64,000 nt of DNA from Octopus vulgaris (taxonomy: Eukaryota), in contig OX597824.1 in NCBI GenBank assembly GCA_951406725.2, forward strand, positions 77,872,001-77,936,000, given 5' to 3'. Below the pieces are notes generated by a model. That model was given only the letters and a program-made list of their open reading frames with translations. It did not search any database and had not been told where the DNA came from. Shown piece by piece: positions 13,640-28,286 of the stretch; position 1 is the first letter of the stretch; each line of letters begins with the position of its first letter. The position numbers and the translations under genes were made by a program.

Positions 13640-13853
13640 ATGCTCTTAGCGTAGTTTTTCCTTGGGGCTGGCCAGATTGGAGCAATCTCAAGATTAATCA
13701 GCCGAAATTGCGTGGATGATCCGATTCCTGACTGAAGATAAAAGGCTTCGAATGACCCGTCCTTGTTTTTTTGTATCGTCTATCTTGATGTTTTGTTGTC
13801 CCTTTTTGTATCACCTAGTTATCCGGATGTTTTGCGTTCTTGTCCCATTTTTT

Positions 13854-13857
<4 letters not shown>
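13640..13857 (+). repeat. Short (TA)n-bounded repeat, second copy at 39885-40203 (probable PLE terminal repeat)
   Basis: Shared ttccttggggctggcc..tctcaagattaatcagccgaaattg..gactgaagat..ggcttcgaatgacccgtcc..gttttgcgttcttgtcccatttt then (TA)n. Confidence 0.75.
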
Positions 13858-13928
<71 letters not shown>

Positions 13929-14292
13929 GTATATTCATTGTCATATTTAACAACCTTGAGGATCCTTGAACATGGGAAGACTTACCGCTGCAGACGTAGT
14001 GCCGGGGGAACATTTCCCCCTCTACGACGTGTTTGGAAATACATTGCGCTGTAAATGATGTTCTTTGTAAGCCCAGTACTTATTCTATCGGTCTATTTTG
14101 CATCGTCAGCTACGAAAAATCTACAACTATATTAAACATATATGCGTACGTACCTTCTACTCGTATTTAGTATTTAACATAAATTTATTTACTGCACCTA
14201 TTTATTTTTTGTTTTTTTGCTTTTTTTGTCACAATAACTTCGGAAAATCTGTGAATCCAGGGATACGTAATTTTGTCTCTTAACTACGTCTG

Positions 14293-15824
14293 ATTTTTGA
14301 AGAAAGCTGTACTTTACTTCATCATTTTTCTCTTCGGTACTTCGTTATTCCGTTCAAAAGGGATTTCATTGTAGTGAGGACAAAAATGTCTCTCCTCAAT
14401 TGTTGTCATTGTTATGCTGGGTCTTTTGTCCTCATTTCTTTCTTTTTTTATCTTTTGAGTTTTCATTGACCATTTGTGTATTTTCTTTTATGGCTATTAT
14501 TTCTTCATCGTACGATAATAATGTTGCAATCCGGTAACGAGCTGTTAGCTCGTCTAATTCTAATAATGAACATTAAAGTTCTTTATTTGCCATTCCTGTG
14601 TTTGCTTTACTCTTCATTAATTGCATTTTACGTTTTTTCTCTTTTCCTTTGCTTCATCATTAAAGTTCTTCCAGGTATTCAGCTCTGATCTGTGTTTTAT
14701 TGCAACAAATGTTGCAAATATTGGGTTGTCCGGAAAGTTCGTGCCGATTTATAGTAGCTTAATTTTCGACTTATTTTAGAACATGGTTGAGTCCATAGAA
14801 TAGCATTTGACTACACCGCCATTTAGAGCACAGTTTAAGCTATCTTTTCGTGGAAGAAGGTTTATGTTCCAATAACCTGTGTTATATCTCTAACCCTTTA
14901 AAATAGAAGTTAAGAAAGTTCATTTTCGGCACTTGATGCTTTGGGAACCAGACAATAATTGCTGCAGCTCAGCTGGGATGCGTTACCCCACCCCCCATAT
15001 TCACCAGATATTGTTCCTTCGGATTTCCACTTCTTCAGGTCTCTGCAGAATAGTCTTAATGGTAAAAATTTCAATTCCTTGGATGACATAAAAAGATACC
15101 TTGATGAATTCTTTGCCATGAAACCACCTCAATTCTGGGAAGAGGATATTTTCAAGTTAAAGGAAAAATGGAGATGCATTGTGCAAGAAAATTATTCATA
15201 TTTGGTTGATTAAAACTGTAATGGCAAGTATTTATTGACCTTTTTCTCTCCCTTAAAAATCGGCACGAACTTTCCAGACAACCCAATAGATTTTTATTCA
15301 TTGGATTGCTGCCTTTTGACTCGGCACTTTCTACTAAGCACAGCTTCGTTTGGGTCTATGACCTTCAAGTGCCTTAAGGTCTTGTAAATTCATCCTGACT
15401 CGAAGTTATCTTACTGTAGCACTATTCTACCCATTCTCCCATATTTCGATGCAAATGTGACTAACAGCCATAAATCATTTGCGAAATATTGAAATGATGA
15501 GTGAAGCAAACACATGAATAACACGGGAATGGCAAATAAAGAATTTTAAGGTTCATTATTAGAATTAGACGAGCTAACAGCTCGTTACCAGATTGCAACA
15601 TTATTATCGTGCGATGAAGAAATAATAACCATAAATGAAAATACACAAATAGTCAATGAAAACTCAAAAGATAAAAAAAGAAAGAAATCAGACAAAAGAC
15701 CCAGCATAACAATGAGAACAGTTGAAGAGAGACATTTTTGTCCTCACTACAATGAACTCCTTTTTGAGCGGAATGACGAAGAACCGAAGAGAAAAATGTA
15801 AACTACAGCATTCTTCAAAATATC
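14293..15824. repeat. Inverted duplication of about 320 bp (14293-14620 vs 15493-15824) of LINE-like sequence, with a mariner inserted in the spacer
   Basis: ORFs 14476+ and 15646- give the same peptide; arms align as reverse complements with scattered substitutions. Confidence 0.85.
14721..15286 (+). mobile_element. Non-autonomous mariner (same internal deletion), copy 2
   Basis: Same TIRs and TA TSD as 12642-13208; same deletion junction after ..cacttga. Confidence 0.95.
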
Positions 15825-16691
15825 TTATTGTAACTTTAGTGTTCACTCATGTATTGGCACGCAAATATAAAGTCACAGATATTTCAGAGAAGTTTTCCTT
15901 TTTTTTTTTCAGTTGACAAAAATGGAAGGCTATGGTGATGTCTGTTCTGCATTTAAGACTGAAAGCGCAGCCGACCGAACTCGTATTACGTAGAGCACAT
16001 TCAACAAAGTACAAAGAAATAGCAGCACCAAAACAAGCCGCAATACATATCCAAGGTCTCATAGAATTGTGCATGGTAGTGCTGTAAGAGCTAGCAAATG
16101 AAAATAAGACAACTGAATCATAATGATGATGATGAGGAGGAGGAGGAGGAGGAGGGGGATAAGGGGAGGTGTTGATGGTGGTTTGGAAGGAGAAGGTGGG
16201 GCAGCAGTTGGTGGTGGTCGACGACGACGATAGTAATATAACGCTGAATGGAGCAGGCTATATAATTTCATAAACATATTTGCAGTTGATTTCTGCATCC
16301 GTGTCCAGTAAAACGATATATAATGTGTGTTTATTTTGAAGCAGGTCCTTTGATTAATTTTCAATATGTCACTCCGTTTAATCTATTTTTATGTATATTA
16401 TACATATTTTCCATCATTCTCAAATTTCAATATTTTTCTATTTCACCGAAACTTTTCCGAAGCTTTTTACAATGACATAATCTTGTTATGTCTACAAAAT
16501 ATTTATTGATATTCCTATTAATATATAATTGTATATATATATATATACATGCACACGCATAATTGTTTGTGTCCGTGTATGCGTATATGTGCACGTGTGT
16601 GATAATCATGTATATATTACACACACATATATATATTTATTTATATACATATATATATATATGTATATAAATAAATATATATATATATATA

Positions 16692-16724
<33 letters not shown>

Positions 16725-17272
16725 GCATATGTATATATATATATATATATATGCATATGTATATATATGCATATATATATATATGTATCCTAACACACAC
16801 ACGAATACGACACACAGACGCGCACTCATCTTTGAATTACTTAAACATGCTCAATTCCATTACTTTCAGGCAATAGACATACGATTTCGATTTATTAATC
16901 TTCTCTGTTTTTTTTTTCTGGGTTTTTTTTCACCCTCTTTGCTGCTACGCAAATAATTCAATTTTCGCACAAAATATTCTTATATGCAGATTTATACATA
17001 AGATGATATTCAAACGTGTAGACATCATTTTCAACGTCTGATGAACATTATGCAGGCAAATTGCAACGATATCAACTAGTAATGGTGGTAGGTATTTACA
17101 TCTTAGCATAACGAAGAAAGATGAGAAGAGCTAGCGTTGCAATATGACAGCATAACGTAAGTAAAAATAGATTTCAGCACACTTCAATTATATCGTGCCA
17201 GATTGTCTTAGTTTTGTGTAAAAAATATCAGTGACGCCTTCTCGACTTATATTACTGGAACTAGCAAACTAA

Positions 17273-17718
<446 letters not shown>

Positions 17719-18815
17719 GGGACGTTTAAGAGGAACACCGGGGACGTTTAAGATGTAAGAAGGAAAATACAGAGCTCCGAAATCTATCCACAAACATCGA
17801 AAACAAGGACTTCCTATGGAGCCAAAGATTTACTAACAAAGAATTGGACTGTATCCGAGTAAGTAATACTAATTGAAATTTATTACTATTTTCGAAACGA
17901 AATGATGTATTTTGACTCGATATTATCTCCACCTCTAACACAACACATGTAAACATGCGTGGAACATCACGATCATCCCCGACCTCAAACACCATGTACA
18001 AAGGAACTACGAAGAAATTAAATGCCACCGATACTATTCAACCCAAGAATAACAATCGAGCGGTACATACATTAAACTTACAACAAAAAATGTACGAAAA
18101 ACTACACGTGCGAAATAATGTGACAACAGAAATAAACGGACCGGTACGCTACGAAAATGACGACCGTCAAAATAATGGGCCGGACGTTGTACCTCATGTC
18201 CCGCAAATAAAACCCAAAAGACGTAAATGGACACGTGAGGAATATATTTCTATCTTACACGCATACTTCACAGCAATGCTCTACCCAAAACATGAAAATA
18301 CAACAACACATACATATAAAATATGGAAGGAAAATAATAGAGATATAGACTTGGATACAGCAATGAACCCTAATAAATTAGCTAACGTACGAAGATACAT
18401 TCTCAAAGCCAAAAAAATATCAGAAATAGAAAGAGAACATTTAAAAGAAAAAATACACCAGGAAAATGTAGATAGAAGCCACACAACAATGCCCAATAAT
18501 ATAAACTCTCAAAATACAAAGACCTGGAAATAGAGGTAACTAGAATGTGGAATCTGAAAACAGAAACAATTCCTATCATAGTAGGTGCATTAGGTATGAT
18601 AAAAAAATATTCAGACAAATACATAACAAAAACACCAGGACTTACAAACACATATAACATACAGAAAATTGCACTACTAGGCACTGCACACGTCCTACGC
18701 AGAACACTTTCCATACAATAACCATCAGAGCATCACAACAAATCACAGCACATACCCAAGGCACACAGAGCTGCGCTCGGTAGTGAAGTGAAAGCACGCT
18801 ATAAAAATAAAACTA

Positions 18816-18818
<3 letters not shown>
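17719..18818 (+). mobile_element. R4/Dong-type RLE LINE, internally deleted copy (5' UTR + N-terminus joined to 3' end) inside (TAA)n
   Basis: ORF 17955-18533 with RRKWTREEY..ILHAYF..NKLANVRRYIL N-terminal motif; from 18503 nearly identical to the 3' end at 55501-55821; (TAA)n on both sides. Confidence 0.88.
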
Positions 18819-18885
<67 letters not shown>

Positions 18886-18890
18886 GTAAT

Positions 18891-19518
18891 GGTTTCAGAT
18901 TGTGCCACAAAGGTAGCAGTTTGGGGGAGGGAATGAGTCGATTACATCGATTCAGTACTCAACTGGTATTTAATTTATCGACCCCGAGAGGATGATAGTC
19001 AAAGTCGATCTCGGTGGAATTTAAACTGTGAACGTAGCAACGAAAGAAATATCTATTTCTTTACTACCCACAAGGGGCTAAACACAAAGAGGACAAACAA
19101 GGACAAACAAACGGATTAAGTCGATTAAATCAACCCCAGAGTGTAACTAGTACTTATTTAGTCGACCCCGAAAGGATGAAAAGCAAAATCGACCTCGGCG
19201 GAATTTGAACTCAGAACGTAGCAACGAAAGAAATACCGCTAAGCATTTCGCCTGGCGTGCTAACGATTCTGCCAGCTCGCCGCCAAGTATAATAATGATA
19301 AAAATAATCCTTTCTGTTATAGGCACAAGGCCTGAAATTTGGGGGAGGAAGATAGTCGATTACATCGATATCAGGGTTCAAATAGCACTTAATTTATCGA
19401 TCCCAAAATGATGAAAGGTAAAGTCGACATCTGCGGAATTTGAATTCAGAACGTAGCGGCAGAAGAAATACCGCTAAGCATTTTGTCCGACGTGCTAACG
19501 ATTCTGCAAGCTCGCCGC
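18891..19518 (-). mobile_element. Two tandem copies of tRNA-derived SINE family B (18891-19284, 19308-19518)
   Basis: Head GGCGGCGAGCTGGCAGAATCGTTAGC, B-box GAGTTCAAATTCC, central CCGAGGTCGA..TTTCATCC..GGGGTCGA..AAGTACCAG. Confidence 0.9.
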
Positions 19519-19569
19519 ATTAATGATGATAATAACAGTAATAATAATAATTATTATTGTTATATTAAT

Positions 19570-20010
19570 TTCATTTCTTAGCCACAAGGGTGAAAATGAG
19601 TGGGACAATGCTAAGACAGGCATAAAGTGAGGGGATTTACATATAATGAAGTGATTATAAAAGAAAAGAAACTATACACGGTATACACCGAAAACGAAGG
19701 GACATATGCATAGCAAACAAAGGTTAAAAAAGTGGTGGTGAGGATCATAGAGATATGCCCCTCCTGATACAGGAAGGTCTCTACGGATAATCGAGGAACC
19801 CAACTGTCCGAGAGTTCCCTGAAACCCCAGGAGCAAGTGCCCTCTTCAATTCCCTCCCTCCTACTCACAGGTCTACACTTAGACATGTAGCATCCACTCT
19901 TGACATTTTCGCAACTTTCACCCACCTTTCAATAAACTCACTCGAGGACTGCACTTCCCTCTCCACTCTCAATTTCTTTTTCAAGTGTCACCCTCCACAA
20001 AAATTCCAAA
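19570..20010 (-). mobile_element. L1/Tx1-like LINE 3' end remnant
   Basis: Minus-strand HLKK..RVEREV..EFIERWVKVAKM, similar to 22290-22410. Confidence 0.5.
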
Positions 20011-20506
20011 CTTTAATTAATTTGCTTTGCGGGAAGGTCTGTTTCAACGAACTCGCGTCTTGTCCATGCCTTCACGACATGGAGTAGTTGAAACTGGGAC
20101 AACTGAAGAAGGGGAATATTCTTTAGATTGTATGTCTCGTTTCTCTGTTTGTTGTTTTTCGTTATTCGAAAATAAGTTCGTTTCTATGTTTTTGTTTTTA
20201 TTTTTCGTTTCTCATCGTGTTCAATGTTTTTCTGATGTCCTGTACCCATTTATGCATGTATAATTACATACATATGTAGGTATGTACATACATGTATGTA
20301 TATATGCATATATTTATATATTATTTATATTATTATATGATCGAACGCCACGCAACCTTTTCCGTGAGAGTTTTATATATCTATCAATCTATACACATAT
20401 CTCTTATTATAATATAATAATAAAGGGTAAAATCAATTAATAATTAATAATTCTACCAAGTAGTTTCGGCATGTTAAAAGGACCACTATTGGTAAAACTT
20501 GAACAA

Positions 20507-20877
<371 letters not shown>

Positions 20878-22109
20878 TCTATATTACTTCCTGTGCGCTG
20901 TTTTCAGAATATTTATAACTAAACAATTAAAATGTTTTCTTCACAAACATGAGGCTGGGAGTTCGGCAAGTGCCTTCGCCCGTACCTTCGATTTTCTCCA
21001 AATGCCCTGAATTAAATTGATGGAAAGGAATCAGTTTAGGAACCCGTCGGAGATTAATTGCACCTTTATTTACATTACTAACCCGCATTGTTATTGACTG
21101 TATCATGCGGGATTCAATGTAAAAAAAAAAACATACTAAGGTCAGAATTAACACTGGAATACAACCAAGTAATTCATCTGCTTTATACACTAATTCAGCA
21201 AATAAATAACTCCATTGATCAAACAACTGGGACCGTCGTCGTTGGAACTGATGGAGATCCATTCATTATTTATTGATATATAATAAATCATATGATTATT
21301 TGTAGATTATATCCTCAAGTGGTACAATTGCCAAGAGATATTTTATTCTAGGCTCTATATATTAGATGTCCTTACGGATTACGATGCCGTCGATGCTGCG
21401 GTTTATTCGTTTGTCGTTATTGTTGTTTTCATAAACATTGTTGCTGTAGGTTGCTGCTGCTGTTGTTATTGTTGTTTTTGTTGTTGTGGTGGTGCCGGTG
21501 GTGGTGGTGGTGATGCTGGTGGCCATTATGTTTGTTATTTTTGTTTGTAAGCAGTTTTCATTGTTCTCTTTGTTGAATATGTTTATTATTGTTTTAGCTT
21601 CTTACGTTGTGTAATTTTTTCTGTGTCATTGTTAGTGCTTCTTCTTCTTCTTCTTCTTCTTCTTCTTCTTCTTCTTCTTCTTCTTCTTCTTCTTCTTCTT
21701 CTTCCACTTCCACTTCCGCCTCTTCTTTTTCTTCTCCTTTTTCCTCTTGCTGTCATAAGCGACAATATTTCAACTGTTGTTATTGCTGCGGTTCGAATTG
21801 TTGTTGTTGTTGGTGGTGGTGGTGGTGGTGGTGGTGGTCGTCGCCGTCTTGGTGGATTTACCGTTGTTGTTCTCGTTCTTGTAACAAATTGTATAGTTTT
21901 AAATATAACGATTATTGTTATATTTAAAACGGTGTTGGATAAGTAAAACTGCTTCAGTATAGCCAAATGCTTTGTGGCATTTCTTTCGGAGCTATGTGTT
22001 CTGATTTCAAATCCTTTGCCACTCGTCCTTTTGGAGGTGAAAAAATAAAATACCAGTCATGTACTGGAATCATTACTTGAAAATTGCCGATCGTAACTTA
22101 TATTATAAA

Positions 22110-22680
22110 ATTATCTGCGTGTAGGACGAATCCGATTACTTGACGAATCCATTGTGAGGATCGCCCACCTCTCACCTTTAGTAAGGCAAAGCAGGCGGTG
22201 TTCCTCTGTTTAGCCACAATGAGGTAAGTCATTGTCTGGATGAAGCTGAGGAAATATATCTTCCTCTACGGCGAAACTCTCATCGACTTTTTAAAGTTTC
22301 ACTTGGAAAGGAAAGAGAAGGTGGAGAGGAAAGTGTTGGCTCCCAGTGAATTTGGGAAAAGATGGGTGACTGCGGCAAAAATGGTGCGAGTGAATGGCCA
22401 TACTCTAAGAATGCACCAATAGATTGGAGAACAACTTTTCGGTGAGAGCTCGTGCCTTTTGTGGTCAAGATAATCCTGAATCTGTGGGGATAATTGATTG
22501 GTCATAATTAGAGCTTCTCTTATATCAGGAGGACTGCATAATTCATGTAATCTCTTAGTTTGTATAGTAGTAAACTTTTATTACATCTTTTCCTTTTTCA
22601 TCTTTTACATAAATTCCCACAGAAATTGTTCTCTGGCCTCATGATGTCCCATTAACTAATGGCACTCTGGTTAATAAAGA
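22110..22680 (+). mobile_element. L1/Tx1-like LINE 3' end remnant
   Basis: LIDFLKFHLERKEKVERKVLAPSEFGKRWV, homologous to the 19.9 kb copy; ends near AATAAA. Confidence 0.5.
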
Positions 22681-22726
22681 GAAATCATAATCATCATTTT
22701 CATCATCAATAATGATAATGATGATA

Positions 22727-23100
22727 AGCAAAATGTGGAACCTGGAGACTAAAACAATACCTGTTGTCATAGGTGCCCTGGGAACGATAGCAAAAGGAGC
22801 TGAGTGCTAACTAGCTCACATACCAGGAAACCCCAAAATGGCAGAAATTCAAAAGATGGTGCTCATGGGAACTGCCGATATCCCACGCAAAATACTTTCT
22901 ATGTAATCTCAAGTTTTAAAACAAACAAAATTTTCTTATGGTTTCTTAAACATTCTCTGAAACAACGCTGTGTACAAAACCAAATATATGGCACCTTAGG
23001 CATAACACCAACATGAATTTCCAACTTGTTGTCTCTTGAGGTCTCTGGGTGAGACTTCGAGGTAACTTGTACAAATGTAAAGCAAAAGTCAAACATAAAA
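22727..23100 (+). mobile_element. R4/Dong-type LINE 3' fragment, subfamily 2
   Basis: KMWNLETKTIPVVIGALG..EIQKMVLMGTA; matches 53595-53990; flanked by AAT/AAC repeats. Confidence 0.88.
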
Positions 23101-23231
23101 TAACAACAACAACAACAACAACAACAACAATAATAATAATAATAATAATAATAATAATTATCCTTTCTACTACAGGTACAAATGTAAAGCAAAAATCAAA
23201 CATAAAATAATAATAATAATAATAATAATAA

Positions 23232-23440
23232 TCCTTTCTACTAAAGGCACAAGGCCTGAAATTTTGTGTGAGAGGATTATTGGATTAGACCGACTCCAGT
23301 GTTTCACTGGTACTTAATTTATCGACTCCGAAAGGATGAAAGGTAAAGTCGACCTCGGTTGAATTTGAACTCAGAACGTAGCGACGGGTGAAATACCGCT
23401 AAGCATTTCGCCTGTGCGCAAACGATTCTGCCAGCTCACC
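23232..23440 (-). mobile_element. SINE family B copy (another partial copy at 24062-24215)
   Basis: aaggcacaaggcctgaaatt..gaaaggatgaaaggtaaagtcgacctcgg..gaatttgaactcagaacgtag. Confidence 0.88.
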
Positions 23441-23453
23441 AATAATACTAATG

Positions 23454-23454
<1 letters not shown>

Positions 23455-23531
<77 letters not shown>

Positions 23532-23559
23532 TATTATCATTATTATTATTATTTTATTA

Positions 23560-23655
<96 letters not shown>

Positions 23656-23660
23656 TATTA

Positions 23661-23746
<86 letters not shown>

Positions 23747-23777
23747 ATATATTATCATTATTATTATTATTGTATTA

Positions 23778-23873
<96 letters not shown>

Positions 23874-23901
23874 TATTATCATTATTATTATTATTGTATT
23901 A

Positions 23902-23934
<33 letters not shown>

Positions 23935-23939
23935 GTAAA

Positions 23940-24018
<79 letters not shown>

Positions 24019-24062
24019 TATTATCATTATTATTATTATTGTATTATTATTTATTATTATTA
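23455..24062. repeat. Higher-order array of alternating (AAT)n and (TTA)n blocks, 5 units
   Basis: Junctions AATATATTATCATTA (5x) and TTATAAAAATAAT/TTGTAAAAATAAT (4x) recur. Confidence 0.92.
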
Positions 24063-24934
24063 TTTCTACTATAAGCACAAGGCCTGAAATCTCAGGGAGG
24101 TAGTTAAGTCGATTAAATCGAACTCAGCACTCAACTGGTACCTATTTTATCCACCCCAAAAAGATGAAAAGGCAAAAGTAGACCTGAACGGAATTTGAAC
24201 TCAGATCGCGTAAACAGCAGGAGGCTCCTTTTCTGATATTCTGTGGTGGTTATTATTATTATTATTATTAGTATTATTTGTTGTAATTGGCCTGAATATC
24301 GCCATGGTTGTTGTTGTAGTTGTTGTTGTAGTTGTTGTTGTTGTGGATGTTGTTGTTGTTGTTAAAAATTTATGCAGTTCCCACCGTGGTTTATTGATGT
24401 TCATCTCTGTGTTGTTATTTGTGTATATTTCTTGCAAATATTGTTACCGCCGTCGCCAGCGTCGTTGCAATCGTCGTCGTCGTCTTTATTGTTTTGCGAT
24501 GGTGTTGCTTGTGTCCGTTTTGTTTTCGTCTTTGCTTTGCTGTTTTTAACTATACCAAGGGACAGCTATTCAAACATACAGTCTCTAACAGTCTAGACAT
24601 CGTATAAATGCTTCAATTTCTCAACAATGAAGTCTCCAAAGAGCCAAATTGTGTGCGCATATTCCATCTATGCTTGCCTGAACCTATTCATATGTGCAAA
24701 TATATATGTACGTACGCCTGTTCGATTGTATGTGTATGCGTGTGTATACATATATACATCTTACACTCTACACATCCATATATCTGTGTATATAACCACG
24801 TCTATATAAATATATTCATAAATTTATATGTATGTATAAACACATATACATGAATGTACAAACACACACACACACAAACATATATAAGTAAATATAAATA
24901 TAAGTGTATATAGATATATTTCTATGTACATATA

Positions 24935-25008
<74 letters not shown>

Positions 25009-25572
25009 CGTATAAACACATATACATGAATATGTAAACACACACACGCAGATATATATGTAAATATAAATATAATAATATAGATATATGTATATATATG
25101 TGTGCGTGCGTGTGTATATGTAAAACAAGACTCGTTAGCTGTGAATTATATATATATATATATATATACTTTGATACTTTGATACTTTGATAGGTTTCGG
25201 CCATTATTGGCCCAGGCCATGTCTAACTTAATAGCACCACCTATATAGAGAGAGAGAGACACACTTCTTACACACCACAAACTGAAACATAAACATACAC
25301 CTGTATCCGTGTGTTTGTCGCTGTGCGGTGATACAGGTGACATATTTTCCATTACTTTCATCCTTTACTATAAACAATTTCGTATTCATATTTTCAATAT
25401 TTATAAATGTGTCTTCGGTTGTCTTGTATTTATATCACACGATACATCTTTCTCCAACAGACACACATTGATTCTTTACAAACACAAACACGCCCACACC
25501 TACACAAACATACACACACACACAAACACACGCACACACATACATACGCCCATGCACGAGCGTACTCACACG

Positions 25573-25621
<49 letters not shown>

Positions 25622-25643
25622 GTGTACTTCCAAATATCATATT

Positions 25644-25959
25644 GTGGAGACGCAAAGGCCCAGTGGTTAGGGCAGCGGACTCGCAGTCGCAGGATCGTGG
25701 TTTCGATTCTCAGACCGGACATTGATTGTGTTTACTGAGCGAAAACACCTAAAGCTCCACGAGGCTCCGACAGGGGTGGTGACGACCCCTGTTGTACTCT
25801 TTCACCCCAACTTTCTCTCACTCTTTCTTCCTGTTTCTTGAGTAACGCTGCGATGGAGTAGCGTCGCATCCAGCTGTGGAGAACACATACGCCATTGAAA
25901 CCGGGAAACCGGGCCCATGAGACTAGCTAAGATTGAAAAGGGCGCATAATTTTTTTTTA
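25644..25959 (+). mobile_element. tRNA-derived SINE family C1 with 12-bp TSD (other copies 43136-43400, 46115-46370)
   Basis: A-box AGGCCCAGTGGTTAG, B-box GTTTCGATTCT; TSD AAATATCATATT at 25632-25643 and 25960-25971. Confidence 0.92.
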
Positions 25960-26069
25960 AAATATCATATTATCGCGATTTTTACAAAGACGGCGATAAC
26001 GGTGGCGATGACGACGACGGTAATGACGACGTCGGTGAAGATGATGATGATGATAATGATGATAATGTC

Positions 26070-26100
<31 letters not shown>

Positions 26101-26197
26101 ATAATAATGTCGATGAGTTAGAACGATTCTCCGTGTATTCGAGAATTCAAGAGATGATTTCCACTGTGCTGTGCATAATATACAGCATATATATATA

Positions 26198-26827
<630 letters not shown>

Positions 26828-27155
26828 TAATAATAATAATAATAATGATATTGATATTAGGGAATGTTATTCCAAACTTACAGGGAAAAATTCAATTTAG
26901 AAATACTAGATCAAATTTCACAAAATATAATATAATATATATATATATATATATAAACTAGAAAGAAAAAACACATTTTTCAATTCAACTGTGAAAAAAT
27001 TAAATCATGCCATACAGAAAAAAATTAGAGATGATCTATGCAGTGTAAACACCTTTCCTCACATGCTCCAAAGAAGCCAAGGTAGTTTCATTTGCAGGTG
27101 ATGAGGTAGGTTCAGTTTTGGGGGATGCAAAAGGATTTGTGGTTATTGACTATCT

Positions 27156-27387
27156 TATTTCTTTATTGCCCACAAGTGGCTAAACATAGAGGGGACAAAC
27201 AAAGACAGACAAAGGGATTAAGTCTTTTATATCGACTCCAGTGCGAAACTGGTACTTATTTTATCGACCCCGAAAAGATGAAAGGCAAAGTCGACCTCGA
27301 CACAATTTGAACTCAGAACGTAGGCAGCAGACGAAATAGCTCTAAGCATTTCGCCCGGCGTGCTAACGATTCTGCCAGCTCGCCGCC
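27156..27387 (-). mobile_element. SINE family B with 13-bp TSD
   Basis: TTATTGACTATCT at 27143-27155 and 27388-27400. Confidence 0.93.
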
Positions 27388-27734
27388 TTATTGACTATCT
27401 GGCAAACAGCCACATCATTGATGGAGAGTATCATGCCAACTTGCTGAAACAGTTACGAAAGGCTATCAGGAACCAATACCCCGGAAAACCGACAAGAGTG
27501 GTCTTGTTTTATCGGGACCATGCTCCAGCGCCTAAGTCCTTCAGTTCAACGCACGCTGTGCGTAACTGTGGCTTTGAACTGGTTGATCTCTTTCCCAACT
27601 CTCCTGATTAGGTCCCCATCTGATTATATGTTTGCCAACATGAAAAACCACTTGGCTGAGAGCAAGTGTTTCAGTGATGTTGCCATATGTGCTGTTCATA
27701 ACATTTTTTACCAACAGGATGAAAACTTTTTAAC

Positions 27735-28120
27735 GGCGGCGAGCTGGCAGAAACGTTAGCACGCCGGGTGAAATGCTAAGCGGTATTTCGTCGGCCGTTA
27801 CGTTCTGAGTTCAAATTCTGCCGAGGTCGACCTTGCCTTTCATCCTTTCGGGGTTGATAAATTAAGTACCAGTTACGCACTGGAGTCGATGTAATCGACT
27901 TAATACCTATGTCTGTCCTTGTTTGTCCCCTCTGTGTTTAGCTCCTTGTGGGTAATAAAGAAATAGGTATTTCGTCGGCCGTTACGTTCTGAGTTCAAAT
28001 TCTGCCGAGGTTGACCTTGCCTTTCATCCTAAATTAAGTACCAGTTGCGTAGTGGGGTCGATCTAATCGACTGGCCTCCTCCCCCAAAACCTTTGGGCCT
28101 TGTGCCTCGCGTAGAAAAGG
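27735..28120 (+). mobile_element. SINE family B, dimeric (internally duplicated core)
   Basis: gtatttcgtcggccgttacgttctgagttcaaattctgccgagg occurs twice (about 27784 and 27968). Confidence 0.9.
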
Positions 28121-28286
28121 AGGAAAATGTTGAACAATGAAACTCAATTAGTAACATTCAATGAAAGCATCTTTGTCAGCCTATAAACCTTTCAACCGAC
28201 CTTCGCGTGCAAACCCACTACGCAAACACATACATATACAAATACATTTCTGTGAGTTCTATAATGTATATAGCACAGAGCATTCA

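Larger units (their letters stand above)
27050..28205 (+). mobile_element. Decayed mariner transposase C-terminal half, interrupted by two SINE-B insertions
   Basis: VIDYL..GEYHANLLKQLRKAI..VLFYRDHAPAPKS..GFELV..SPD; 3' TIR remnant aaacctttcaaccgaccttcg. Confidence 0.8.

Noticed and set aside
25190-25215. Hairpin followed by GAAAC on the minus strand
   Set aside because: No CUGANGA; matches the CR1/L2-type LINE 3' stem-loop.
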